A DNA stretch of 64,000 nucleotides, taken from contig JAPDFW010000069.1 of the NCBI GenBank assembly GCA_028826165.1, positions 62,001 through 126,000 on the forward strand. The letters run 5' to 3'. Positions 13,201 to 26,800 of this stretch are shown here, piece by piece. The translations under genes and the position numbers were made by a program. A model generated the notes under the pieces. It did no database searches, was not told the DNA's origin, and worked only from the letters and a program-made list of their open reading frames with translations. Each line of letters starts with the position of its first letter. Within the stretch, counting starts at the first letter, position 1. The DNA is from Anaeramoeba ignava BMAN. Lineage: Eukaryota > Protista > Anaeramoebae.

Positions 13201-16200
13201 ATCTCTGAAATTGAAATTTTTTTCAAGCCTCATTCTCATTCGTTCAGGCCCTTCATTTGTATCCAATTTCCATTTTGCATCTTGATCTTGTTTTTTAGAT
13301 CCCCAAATTCCTCGTTCTCGAGTAAATTCTTTTTTGAATTTTTCCCATTCAAATACTATATATTGATGCATATCATTTAATTTTAATCTCTCGTTTTGAT
13401 TTCGATTTGATTCAAAATTGGCTAATTTTTCAATATGAAATTTCCCATAATCTTGAAATCTTTTGTGTATTTCTTGATCTCCTCGATCCTTTTTTCTGCG
13501 ATTTTTAAGCCGAGTTTTTCTTCGACTAATCCAAGAATTAACTTGTTCCAAGTTGTTTTTATTTTTAATTTCTTTGTAAAATTTCCACGCTTTTACAATA
13601 TGATAATTAAATGCCTGATGAATTTCTTGTTCATTTTGAATTAAATAATCAATAAACTCCTTCTCATTTGACATGTATTCAAGCATTGTTGAAAATAGGT
13701 TTTTTGTTTCCTTATTATCGTTTTTATAAACAAACAATGGTTTTATATTTTCATTTTGTGATTTTGCAAAATATTTCCAAATTTCAAAAGTTTTAGCAAT
13801 AATTTCATCTTCTCCTGAACGTAATAATCGATATAAACTCAAACAAAAGCATGAAATGAATTCAACATCTGAATTGTACGGATTCATAACAATGTTCTTC
13901 TCTTTCAAAATTAAAAGTAATAATTTCATCAATTCATCTTTATGGAAAGTCTTGAAACTCAAAATAAATAAAATAGCTTGATTCAATCCTTTATATAAGG
14001 ATTGCAAGCCAGTATTTTGATGTTTACTTGATTTGAAATTGATTAAATCCTCAATTTTGGCTAATGTATCTCCAATTATCAATTTGATCATTGTAACAAA
14101 AAATTGAAATATAAAACGATTCTTTCTTTGGAAAATTTCATTGTTCATTTTATCCACTACAAGTTGAGAAAACTTAGAAATGTTATTTGAAAATTTGGAG
14201 CTTGAAAATCTTTCTCTTCTTATATTAACTTCAAGATGTTCCATAATAGAAATGAATAGATCCTGTTCAAAACTTGGAATGATCTGTTCAGGAACATAAT
14301 TAGGTGGAGAATCAAGAATAGATTCAATAATATGATGAGATTTTTGATCATTAGAAATGCTTTGAGTTGCTAATCTTGTGAGAAAATCAAAAATTAACAA
14401 TGTTGTTGGATGATTGAAAATGATTCTTTTTAATCTCTTATTTATTATTTGAGATTTTGGATTGATTTGAATAATATCAAATTCATTTAGAAACTCATCT
14501 TGTTTTAGAGATTCTTTTGATTTTGATTTTGATTCGTTTTCTTCATCCAATTTTGGTTTCTGTTCATTTTCTTGTTCAATTTGTTTTGTTTGATCTTTAA
14601 ACAAGGGAATTTCTTGACTTTTTGAGGTTTGATTTTGAGATAATTCTGTGTTTATTATTTGTTGTTTATCTTTAGTATCTTTCTCAATCTGAGATGAATC
14701 TTCTTTTGATTGGTTGTTGTTATTATTATTATTCAATGATTCATCAACTTCCATTTGAATTTCAGAGTAATTAATAAATATAATTTCAACTAATGCTTCA
14801 ATAAATTCTAGTTTTTTGAAAGTATCTCTGAAGTTCGGATAATTATTAAAGAAACTGATTAAAAATTTAATAATTTCGTTTTGTTGTTGAATTTGTAATT
14901 GTAAAATTTTTGGTAATTTTTTGGAATAGGGAGAAATATGACTTCTTTGTGTAATTGATCTTGTTTCACTTTGTCTTCTTTTACTTCTTCTTTTCTTTAT
15001 TTTAGGAAAAACATAAACTTCTTCAAGTTCATCATTTTTTGTAATTGTTTTTCTACGAACTTTTTTAAATAAATAAGGAAGTGTTTTTGCTAATTGTAAT
15101 AAGTTTTGTTGTAAATCTTTTTCATTTTCTTTTTCATTTTCTTTTTCATTTTCATTTTGATTTTGATTTTGATTTTGATTTTGATTTTCATTTTCATTTT
15201 CATTTTCTTTTAAATTTTCTTTTTTTCTTTGTTCTTTTTCTTTTTTGATCGTCTTTTTGATTTTCGATGTTTTGATTCCCTTCTTAATTTCCTTTTTTTT
15301 TGATATTCCTCATGAAATTGTAATTCTTCATTAATACATTTCCTTTGACTTTCCCTTAATAAAGTTAAAATTAGGAAAAATGCTTCAGAACAATAAATTT
15401 GTGAAGTCTTCTTGAAAATTGATGAATTATTTAATAAAACTTCTTTGAAATTTGTTTCTTTGACTTCGAAATTTTCTTTGTCTAAAATTTCAGATACTCC
15501 AAAAAGTAAACAAAATAAATAATAATAAAAGTTTGAGTTTTGCTCAATTTTGGATAATATTAATGTAAGAATTGGGAATCCATAATTCTGTTTGAATTTC
15601 TGGAAAAATAAAGGATATATTAACAATAATGCTGTTGTTAATTTTAGTGCTTTTGTTTTTGTTGATAATGCTTTGGAATGTTCAATTATAGAAAGTGCAA
15701 AATTTGGAGTTAAAATTTTCACAATTAACTCATGGTTATTTTCTTTGGTTCCATTTTTAACTATTAATCCAAAAATCATATCTAATAACAATCCATGAAT
15801 TTTTGCAAATATATTTTGAAATTTTGTGTTTTCTGGATCACTTTTTTCTTGTTTGTAATTTAAAGTGGATGTTATAAATGTTTGAAAAAGAGAAAATTCA
15901 TCAGAAATTAAGGAATGATTAAATATTAAATCTAACAGAGAAACTATTTTATTGATAACAGAATCATCAAATATATTTTCTCGAAGTAATTTGAATAAAT
16001 ACTTGACAAATCTGAGTTTTCTTAATTGATTAATATTAAAATCTTGGTTTTTGTTATCAATAGAAATGAAAGTTTGGAATTTTGCGAAAAAATATTCTTG
16101 AACTAAATTTGATGTTTTGCTCCATATTTCTTGATCAAAACAAACAATTTCAATAATACCAAGGTTTTTAATTAAAGATGAAATGTTTGTACTTTCTTGA

Positions 16201-19200
16201 GTTCCAATCAATTCAAAAAGTAAATTGATGATATTTACATTTATGAAATGTGAATTTTCTTTTAAAAAATGAGACATGATTTTATATCCATTCATTCTTT
16301 CAAATTCTTTTAAGTTTGTGTAATTTAAATTAATTAAATTAACTAAAATTGCGAATAGTTGTTGGAAATGAATTTCTGTTGTAATTTTTTCAAATAATAA
16401 AAAGCAAATAATCGGTCCTCCAATTTTAGATATTTGCATAATAGCTCCTTTAGAGAGAAAAGCATTAGCATTTCCTGAAAGAATTCCATATGGTTTCCCA
16501 TTCAAAATTGCAAGATTTTGTATTGATAATGATTGTTTCAAAAAATTCTCATTTTTGTAATTGGATTCTTTATTTTGAGAATTTATTTCTTCAATTTTTT
16601 CATTTTCACTTTCATTTAAAATATTTTCCAATACTTTTTTTGTATGAATTGGACTCAAACAAAAAATCAATTTTTCATTTACTATTGGAATAGAAGCTAT
16701 TGAAAGATCCAATTGTTTCATAATATCTTCAAAATTTTCTCCATTTTTGAAAAGATTATCAACAATATAATTATTAACAATTTGAAAATTTGTAAATTGT
16801 GAAAATGGATTGATAAAAGATCCTGAATAATTAGGTCCAAGTAAAAATATTTTTTGAATATCTTGCAAACTTAAAGCAGATTCATAAAGAAAGCATGATC
16901 CTAATTTCCATTTTATATGGGGTGGATTTTCTGAAATGTTTTCATTTCCTTAAAAGAAAAATTATTTATTAAAATTTAAAATTTAAAATTAAAATTAAAA
17001 TTGAAATTAATTACCAATAACAAATTTAAAAGGAGATTGGATTGAATTTGGATAGTTAATTTTGCGAGTTTGTTTAGAAGAACCATCAACAAATAATGTA
17101 ATTGAAGATTGTGTAAATTTATGTTTAGAATGAACAATAACAGCATGATACCAATGAAATTCTCGAAATTTAAATTTGTCAAATGAAATGGAAGAATTTG
17201 AAGATGAAGTGATCGATAATTTTCCATTAGAAATTGAGAATATCATTTCTAGTTGATTTTTGGAAGAAAAAACGCTAAAAAGGTTAATAGGTTGATTTTC
17301 CTTTTTTTGAGTGAAAATTTCGCCGAAAGAATCAAAATATATCCAAAATGATAAAGAATATGAAGAAGAAGGAGGCCACGATTTATCATTTGAATATTCC
17401 AGAGACAATTTGGCATTTGATGATTCTTGGAGATCAAATTCAATAAAAGAAGGTTGATTTCCATCATGAATCATTGATTTGAATGCTGATAAAATTGAAT
17501 TTGGAATGTTTTTGTTTTTCTTAAATAACCGGAAAAACTTGCGAAATTCTTTGATTGAGGAATTGCTTGTTTGAATCATTTGAAGAAAGTTTGTTAGAAC
17601 TGGATTCAATAAATTATCTTCATCGAAAAGAAATTCTTGATATTTTTTCATCAATAAAGTCGAAATTTTCACAGAATTCATTTTGGTTTTGTTTATATGA
17701 TTAACATGAGCAAGAACGAGTATTTTTGTCATTAACTCAGCTGCAGATTCTAATGGTATATCCTTCATCAAATCTACAACAACCATAATTGGATGAGGAA
17801 AAACAATTTTCAGTTTTGATGAATCAGGAACAAGTGTGTTGTTTGTATGAAGTAATTCATTTGATAGTATTGATAAATCAAGTAACAAACAAAATAGATG
17901 ATATTTTTGTGAATTTTTGAGTAAACTATGGAAATTTCCTGAGCGAGTAATTGAATTAACCAATTTTTCATGTGTGTAAATGTGATGGAAATGTATTTGA
18001 TTGATTTTTGAATCTGATAGTGAACAAATGATCATTTGGAATAAATTTTGAAGAAATTGATTTTGTGCTTCAATATTTTGAATTTTCACTAAGCTTTCTG
18101 GAAGTATTTTGTTGAAAATGATTTCATAACCTTGAATTTTTTGGAAATGAACTTGTGAGGTTTGGTTTTTTTTAAAGATTGAAGTTAAACAAATTAAAAA
18201 TGCTGTATATAATGATAATTGGGTTATTTTCATTGAAGATATTTCATCAAGAATTAACTTAATAATATCAAGTTTTTGTGCTTTATCTTGTATTGCGAGA
18301 CTTTCAATCAATGATAATACTAATTGTTGATAATTTTTCAATTTGATCAATTCAAATAATAAATTAATTCCTTTCTTTTCATAAAGTAAGTTCATATTTT
18401 CCAAATTATCATTCACAAAAAATTCAATAGTTTGAATATAAAAGATGATTAAATTTGTTGATTGAGATTTCTTTTGGTATCTATATTTGTTTTGAGAAAT
18501 TTCTTTTTGAATATAAGTGTAAATTGAATTAAATAAACCAAGTTGGAATATTATTGTTTTGAATTCATTTTTGAATGATATTAAGTCCTTAAAAAGATTT
18601 GTGATTAATTGAACAACCTCAATTTTGGGATTGTTTTTAAATAATTGTATTAAAACTTTTAAATCTAATTTAGGTGTAATTTGGAGGGAAGAAGCAACAA
18701 ATTTGATAATTTTAAGCAAATCAACCTATTTTTTTTAAATTTTAAATTTATTTTAATTTTAAATTTATTTTAATTTTAAATTTATTTAAATTTATAATTT
18801 TACTTGAATTTCATTTTCATATAAAGGAAATTTTGCAAGAACCAATTCAATAACTTTGGATTGACTCATCACATAATAATTATGTGGATTTTTTTGAAGA
18901 ATTAAGAATAATTGTTGAAGAGTAAATAACGATAATTGTTTAAATGAAGAATTTGCTGAAAGTAAGAAAATATTAGATAAAATTTGCAAAGCATCAGTAT
19001 TTTGAATTGAAAAATTTGTATTGATTTCTTTTTCTTGATCAAAAATGGATTTAATATTAAAATCTCCACAAAAAACAAGAGATGAAATATTTTTGATAAT
19101 TGATTCCAAATCTGATATTGAAGTTGATTTGTTATGAAGCATATCAGCTACAATTTTTCCAAATAATTTATATCCTGATAGTTTTATAAATTCATCAAAA

Positions 19201-22200
19201 AATTTATGAGTTTTTGGAAAAGAAGAAATGAGTAAATTAATAATAAATGAAATTGAGTTTGAAATTCTGAATGAACTTAATTTTGATGTTTCTGAAAGTG
19301 TTTCAAGTTGAATTTTAATTATGTTTTTTGTTTGGATATAAAAAATCAAATTTTCATTCATAAATTGTGATAAAATTAATTGAGAAACATTTTGAAGTTT
19401 TTTAATTAGATAATTTTTGTTAGAATTAGAGTTTATAATTTCGAAAAGGATTATTAATGTATCAGATTGAATAAGTTGATCAATAGATTTTTGATTTTTA
19501 GAATTTTCTTGAAGAATATCAACAAATAAAAGAATAAAATCATTTTCTGTTTCATTTCTATTTTCATTTTCTATATAAAAATAATAATAATAATAAAAAT
19601 AAAAACTTCAATTTGTTTTTAAATAAATTAAATATAAATAACACAAACTTTCTTGATTATTATTTTCTTCATAAGAAATTTGATTTAAATCAAATTGAGA
19701 GAATAATTTTAAAAAATTTAATAAATTTAAAGTTAACTTTGAATTTAGAAGAGATTCAATATTAATTTCTTGTTGTGATAATAAAAGAAGTGTTGCAGAT
19801 AATTGAAAGTAATAGATATTATTTTGATGATTTATTGGGAAATTAATAATTTTAGAAAGTAAATTAGGATCAGAAGAATTGATTTCTTTTGTTAATTTAA
19901 TTAATAAATTGATGAAATATTTTGCAATAACGAAAGAGAAATTTCTAGTATCACCAAATCTTTTTTTAATATAAATTTTATTAAATAATTTTATAAATAA
20001 TTTTATAAATAATTTTATATTTAATTTTATAATTAATTTTATAAATAATTTTATAAATAATTTTATAAATAATTTTATAAATAATTTTATAAATAATTTA
20101 ATAAATAATTTTATAATTAATTTTATAAATAATTTAATAAATAATTTTATGAATAATTTTATAATTAATTTTATATTTAATTTTATAAATAATTTTATAA
20201 ATAATTTTATAATTAATTTTATAAATAATTTAATAAATAATTTTATGAATAATTTTATAAATAATTTTATAAATAATTTTATAAATAATTTTATAAATAA
20301 TTTTATAATTAATTTAATAAATAATTTTATAAATAATTTTATAAATAATTTTATATTTAATTTTATAATTAATTTTATAAATAATTTTATAAATAATTTT
20401 ATATTTAATTTTATAAATAATTTTATAAATAATTTTATATATAATTTTATAAATAATTTTATAAATAATTTTATAAATAATTTTATAAATAATTTTATAA
20501 TTAATTTTATAATTAATTTTATAAATAATTTTATATATAATTTTATAAATAATTTTATAAATAATTTAATAAATAATTTTATATTTAATTTTATAAATAA
20601 TTTTATAATTGATTTTATATTTAATTTTATATATAATTTTATAAATAATTTTATAATTAATTTTATATTTAATTTTATATATAATTTTATATTTAATTTT
20701 ATAAATAATTTTATATATAATTTTATAATTAATTTAATAAATAATTTTATAATTAATTTTATAAATAATTTTATAAATAATTTTATAAATAATTTAATAA
20801 ATAATTTTATAAATAATTTTATAAATAATTTTATAAATAATTTTATAAATAATTTTATAAATAATTTTATAAATAATTTTATAAATAATTTTATAAATAA
20901 TTTTATAAATAATTTTATAAATAATTTTATAATTAATTTAATAAATAATTTTATAATTAATTTAATAAATAATTTAATAAATAATTTTATAATTAATTTT
21001 ATAAATAATTTTATAATTAATTTTATAAAATAATTTTATAAATAATTTTATAAATAATTTTATAAATAATTTTATAAATAATTTTATAAATAATTTTATA
21101 ATTAATTTTATAAATAATTTTATAAATAATTTTTATAAATAATTTTATAATTAATTTTATAAATAATTTTTTAATAAATAATTTAATAAATAAATTTATA
21201 AATAATTTTATAAATAATTTTATAAATAATTTTATATTTAATTTTATAATTAATTTTATAATTAATTTTATAATTAATTTTATAAATAATTTTATAAATA
21301 ATTTTATAAATAATTTTATAAATAATTTTATAAATAATTTTATAAATAATTTTATAAATAATTTTATAAATAATTTTATAAATAATTTTATAAATAATTT
21401 TATATTAAATTTTATAAATAATTTTATAAATAATTTTATAAATAATTTTATAAATAATTTTATAAATAATTTAATAAATAATTTAATAAATAATTTTATA
21501 AATAATTTTATAATTAATTTAATAAATAATTTTATAAATAATTTTATAAATAATTTTATAAATAAATTTATAAATAATTTTATAAATAATTTTATAAATA
21601 ATTTTATAAATAATTTTATATTTAATTTTATAAATAATTTAATAATTAATTTTATAAATAATTTTATATTAAATTTTATAAATAATTTTATAAATAATTT
21701 TATAAATAATTTTATAAATAATTTTATAAATAATTTTATAAATAATTTTATAAATAATTTTATAAATAATTTTATAAATAATTTTATAAATAATTTTATA
21801 AATAATTTTATAAATAATTTTATAAATAATTTTATAAATAATTTTATAAATAATTTTATAATTAATTTTATAAATAATTTTATAAATAATTTTATAAATA
21901 ATTTTATAAATAATTTAATAAATAATTTTATAAATAATTTTATAAATAATTTTATAAATAATTTTATAAATAATTTTATAAATAATTTTATAATTAATTT
22001 TATAAATAATTTTATAAATAATTTTATAAATAATTTTATAAATAATTTTATATTTAATTTTATAAATAATTTAATATTTAATTTTATATTTAATTTTATA
22101 AATAATTTTATATTTAATTTTATAAATAATTTTATAAATAATTTAATAAATAATTTTATTATTAATTTTATAAATAAGTTTTGTTTTAGATTTCTATTTT

Positions 22201-22507
22201 TGTTTTGGGGTGTGTTTTACTCTGTAATAGAATTATTTTCTTGTGAACAAAAAAGTTCATAAAACATAACAACTATTTGATTTAAAAGATTTTTTTGAGA
22301 ATTTTTATCATTTAATTGAGAAAATTCATTCCATAATTGACGAATTTCTTGAATTTTTTGAAGATTTAATAATTTAGAATCGATATTTTTAGGTTTTGTA
22401 TTTTCTTCAAAAATTGTTTTTTCATTTGAATTTGAAGTTTTTTGATTTTTATTTTTCTTATTTTTCTTTTTATCTTTATTTTTAATTAAATTTCTAAACC
22501 AACTCAT
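10237..22507 (-). CDS. Large BEACH protein (ARM, ConA-like, PH, BEACH, WD40, FYVE); WDFY3/ALFY- or LvsA-like
   Basis: Exons 22507-22221, 19959-19649, 19570-18804, 18725-17015 and 16948-10237, with one probable missing A near 15220. BEACH motifs GRTYNDLTQYPVFPWV, HYGAHYSSA, DVKELIPEFFY and WIDLIFGYKQRG; WD40 repeats; FYVE motif WIKD...RKHHCRKCG...RVC. Confidence 0.92.
19960..22220 (-). repeat. 2.26 kb intron of a 12-bp tandem repeat (ATAAATAATTTT on +)
   Basis: GTAAAA...AAAAAG boundaries join ITE|FGDTRN in frame; roughly 180 units with point variants. Confidence 0.92.
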
Positions 22508-22658
22508 TTAAAAACAAAATACAAGAAAATTGGAAAAAAAAATTGGAAAAAAAATTGGAAAAAAAATGATTTTTTGATTTTTTCATTTTTTTGATTTTTT
22601 TCATTTTTTGATTTTTCATTTTTTTCATTTTTTCATTTTTTTCAAATTGAATAAAAAT

Positions 22659-23697
22659 ATGAAAATTATTTTTTTGATTTTGCTTTTTTTGATTTTCAAT
22701 TCAATTACAGTTTCAGGAATAAAAACATTTCAAGTATTAATTACTGGATTTGGACCATTTTTAAATTACACAACAAATCCATCAGAATTAGTATCACAAA
22801 ATTTAAGTTCGACATGCAAAGGGTTTAATATTGAAGGATATGAACCGTTTCAAGTGTGTTATGAAGGATGGGTTGTTGATGTCAATGAAACTGGTGTTCA
22901 AAAAGTGCAAAAATATCTTGAACAAAATGGTACAAAATGGGATGCAATTATTCATCTTGGTTTGGATGATCCTGCTCTGGAATTGCATATAGAATTGATT
23001 GGTGCAAATATTAAAGCTAGTGCTTCTCGTTCTTCATTTGATCCTATTGTTGTTGGTGGTCCAAATATTATCCCTTCTTCTTTTAATCTTCGTCAGTTTA
23101 ATATTCGTGATTTATCTTCTTTATCCAAAGTTTTTGATCAACAGAATGAAATATTTTCAAGAGATGCAGGTAAATTTTAAATTAAAATCAAATCAAATTT
23201 AAAATCAATATTAAATCAAATTTAAATCAAAATTAAATCAATATTAAATCAATATTAAATCAATTTTAAATCAAATCTAAATCAATTTTAAATCAATTTT
23301 AAATCAATTTTAAATCAAATTTAAATCAAATTTAAATCAAATTTAAATCAAATTTAAATCAAATTTAAATCAAATTTAAATCAATTTTAAATCAATTTTA
23401 AATCAATTTTATATCAATTTTAAATTAATTTTAAATCAATTTTAAATCAAATCTAAATCAATTTTATTTTAATTTTTTATTTGAATAGGAACTTATTTTT
23501 GTAATGAAATTTATTATAGAACTCTTTATGTTGTTCATGAAACTCCAATTTTAATTCAAAATGGATTTCTTCCTGTTTTATTTATTCATTTAACTGATTT
23601 CCTTATTTTTAATTTAGCTCAAGATATTCGAATGGTTACTGAAATTTCTGGTTATCTTATTGCAACATCTTATCTTCCTTATGAACCAAATTTTTAA
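22659..23697 (+). CDS. Pyroglutamyl peptidase I (peptidase C15) with N-terminal signal peptide; 2 exons
   Basis: VLITGFGPF..NPS, IHLG, and SRDAG|TYFCNE across intron 23170-23488, then FIHL; the Glu/Cys/His triad appears intact. Hydrophobic N-terminus MKIIFLILLFLIFNSITVSG. Confidence 0.88.
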
Positions 23698-23778
23698 AAA
23701 AAAAGAAAAGAAAAAAAGAAAAAAAAGAATAAAAATTGATTTTTGATTTGATTTGAATTTTTATTGTTTCTGTTTTGT

Positions 23779-23811
<33 letters not shown>

Positions 23812-23830
23812 TCTTTTATTTTTTGTTGTT

Positions 23831-26800
23831 TCATTTAAATCCAATAGGTAAATCAATCTTCATCTTATGATTTGTTGTGGATTCATTAAGATTTAATCGA
23901 GATTTACCCTTTTTCCCAGCTTTTAAAATTTTGACATCTTTTCCAAAAATTTTCGCCTTTCCGGCATGAACCAAATCCATAGCAAAATCAACAGATTCAG
24001 GATTAGCAAAAGTAACAAAAGCATATTGAACAGAACCCAAAATCTTATGCCTTTTCTTATGAGTTTTCAAGACAACACGTTCAATAACACCGCAACGATG
24101 AGAATAGAAAAGTTTCTTAACATGATCTTCATTTACACCATAAAGAAGTGGAGTAACATAAATGGTTCGTTCCAGAACTTCTGTATGAGTGACCTCGATA
24201 TGATGAGACATGTCCCAGTTAAACTCTCTTGATTGGGAAACTTGAGTAAGAATTGTGGAGATATTAACAAGTCCTAGTTGTGTGATCTTATTACTTGCAA
24301 GTGAAAGAAATTTGAGATTGCATTTGTTTTCGGGTGAGGCAATTGTTTGTGCAAGTTGAGAAGCACCTGAATCTTTGATGAGATTAAGCTTGAGACGGAG
24401 CGTGAGAAGGGAGGAGTTTTGGGCGAGGACTTTGGAGAGGATCTTAGCGCCTCTGTCGCGGATTCGGTTGAGACCAAGATCCAGAGTGTGGAGATTTTTG
24501 TTCTCGGCTAGCGCTTTCTCAAGGGATTCAATACCGGAAACATCGATGAAGTTTCCGTAGAGATTGAGGATCTGGAGATGTGTGTTGGACTTGAGAACAG
24601 AAGCAAAGGCGGCTGCGCCTGTAGAGCCGAGAGAGTTGCAAGTCAAGTCGAGATGAGTTAAAGTAATATTTGACAGCAATCCTCGGCAAAGTGATTTGAC
24701 ACCGTGTCTTCCAATGTTGTTGTTCGAGAGATCCAAAAACACAAGGTTTGTGTTCTTTGCGAGATTGTCTCCAATCGCTGTTGCTGCTTCGGTTCCTAGA
24801 CCGCAGGAAACGAGGCTCAAATGCACAAGAGGGAGAATATTGAGCAATTTTGAGCCGATGATTTTCCCATAGAGCTTGCGTATTCCTCCCGAATTCAAGC
24901 GATTCTTGTCGAGAATAAGTTCTCGAAGTGCAGAGGGTTTGACTTTCTTGGGGAATTGTGCGCGGGCTTGCTCAATACGAGTGCATAAGGTTTCAAGACC
25001 TGATCCAGTGATTGAGTTTGATTTCAAATTGATTTTTTCAATTGAAGAATTATAAGCAAGCATTTCTCCAATAGCACTTAAATGGGAATCTGATATTCTG
25101 CAGAAGGATAAGTCGATTTCTTTGAGAGTATGATTTTTGGCGAGGGAATCCATGACTGGTTTTGTGATTGCAAATGCGACGCCTGATTTATTTAGACGTA
25201 AAGTTTTCAAAGAAATTGTTAAATCAAAAAGTGTGCAAAACGCTTTCGATAAATTTTCTGTTGTTGTTATTCTCCCGCCGCGTTGATCAGCAAGATCAAG
25301 AACCTGCATATTTGAGTTGTATGCGGCACACTCAACAATTTCAGCGAGCCCAATGCCTGAGATGTTATTATGGGCGACTCTGAAAACTTCGAGATTGCGT
25401 TTTACTAAGAGAACTTTGGAAACATCTTTGCATCCCTCATCGCCAATATTGCATCGAGAGATATCCAAGTGCCGCAGATTGGGGAACTGTTCGTGACGAC
25501 AGAGAACTTTGGCCAGACGAGAAACACCTAGATTGCCCAGGGAGCCGTTGCCGCCGATCAAAAGCATTTCGAGATGATTTCCTGATAATGTTTCGTCGAA
25601 AAGCTCGCGCAATGCTGAGCTATCTATCCCGCAGTCCCACATGTCCAGAGTGCGAAGAGACTCCGAGTTGTGTCGAAGTCCCTTGATAAGAGCCTTGAAA
25701 ATCTTTGCGTTCATTGCGCTTTCTCCTTTGATGATTTTCAAAGTGGAAAGCTGAGTTAGAGAAGTAAGTAAAACTGTCAAAAAATTATATCGTGTTTTTA
25801 AGTTTGTGGGCTGGAATGTGGTGAATTCAAAGCTGCGAATGATCGGGTTCGAGAGTTGCAGAAGACGGTGCAAAAGCGCGAAATTGGGATTGTCATTGAG
25901 TTTGGAGATGAAATCTTGGAGATTATTCTGGACATAAGCGTGGCGCCATGGGAATTTTATATCTTGTGGTGCGTCCTGAGGAAGAGCCTTAAGACCCCAA
26001 CGCTGATCACAAAGCTCTCTGAACATCAGCTCATCTTCGATAAGAGCCTCCTGTTGAGACTCGTTGTCTTGGTCGATGAACCGCTCAAGAGAAAAAAGAT
26101 CTTCCATGCGCTGTTTCGCTTCGTTGTCTTGGTTCGTTAAAGACGCTCTTTCCCCATGATACCCTTTCTCTCGACTCCCGTTCAATCCCTCAGAGATGTA
26201 TTCAAAGACGTCCTTCGGCTTCTCTATCCCCAATGCCGAAAAAAATTGATCATAATTCGATATGTTTTTGATCAACTTGATTTTTTGAACGAAAATTTCC
26301 TCGTTCTCCAGTGTTGGGAAGCCGTTGTTTTTGTTGTACTGCACAAGAGCGTTTTCGACAGAGAACTTGGGCTTGATTGAGTGGGCAATATCTTTGAGAA
26401 AGTGGATGTGGAAAAGAAGGAATTTGTTGCCAATTGCTGAAGCCTCAAAAGATTTTTCAATAACATCATTTTTGGAAAATTTAGTTGTTGTTCCGTTTTT
26501 GATTAATTCCAATTGCTGAATCCAGGGGAACTTGCGGATGATCCAGTAAATCTGTCTGTCGCGACTTTCCTCAAGATAGAAATCCCTTATTTGCTCCCAG
26601 GGAGTTCCTGTGATTGAGAGAAGCGAGAGGAAATCACCCAAACTAGGTGTCGCATCTTTTTCGCGTTTTTTGGGGTTTTTGATAAAGTTTTCAATGCGGT
26701 TGCGCGCTTCTTCAACAATGCCCGGATACTTGCTGCAAAATGCCAAGAACAGATGATGGATTGCGCAGTATCCTTGGAGATCTTTGATTGAGCCGTGGAT

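Noticed and set aside
15180-15240. Programmed frameshift or split gene in the BEACH locus
   Set aside because: One missing A in an A7 run restores KEKKENLKENEN. Similar homopolymer slips occur at ~5655, ~5720 and 30223, so assembly error is more likely.
20149-21033. 294-aa (INNF)n ORF, or a CRISPR-like array
   Set aside because: It is a 12-bp tandem repeat without unique spacers inside BEACH intron 1, on the non-coding strand.
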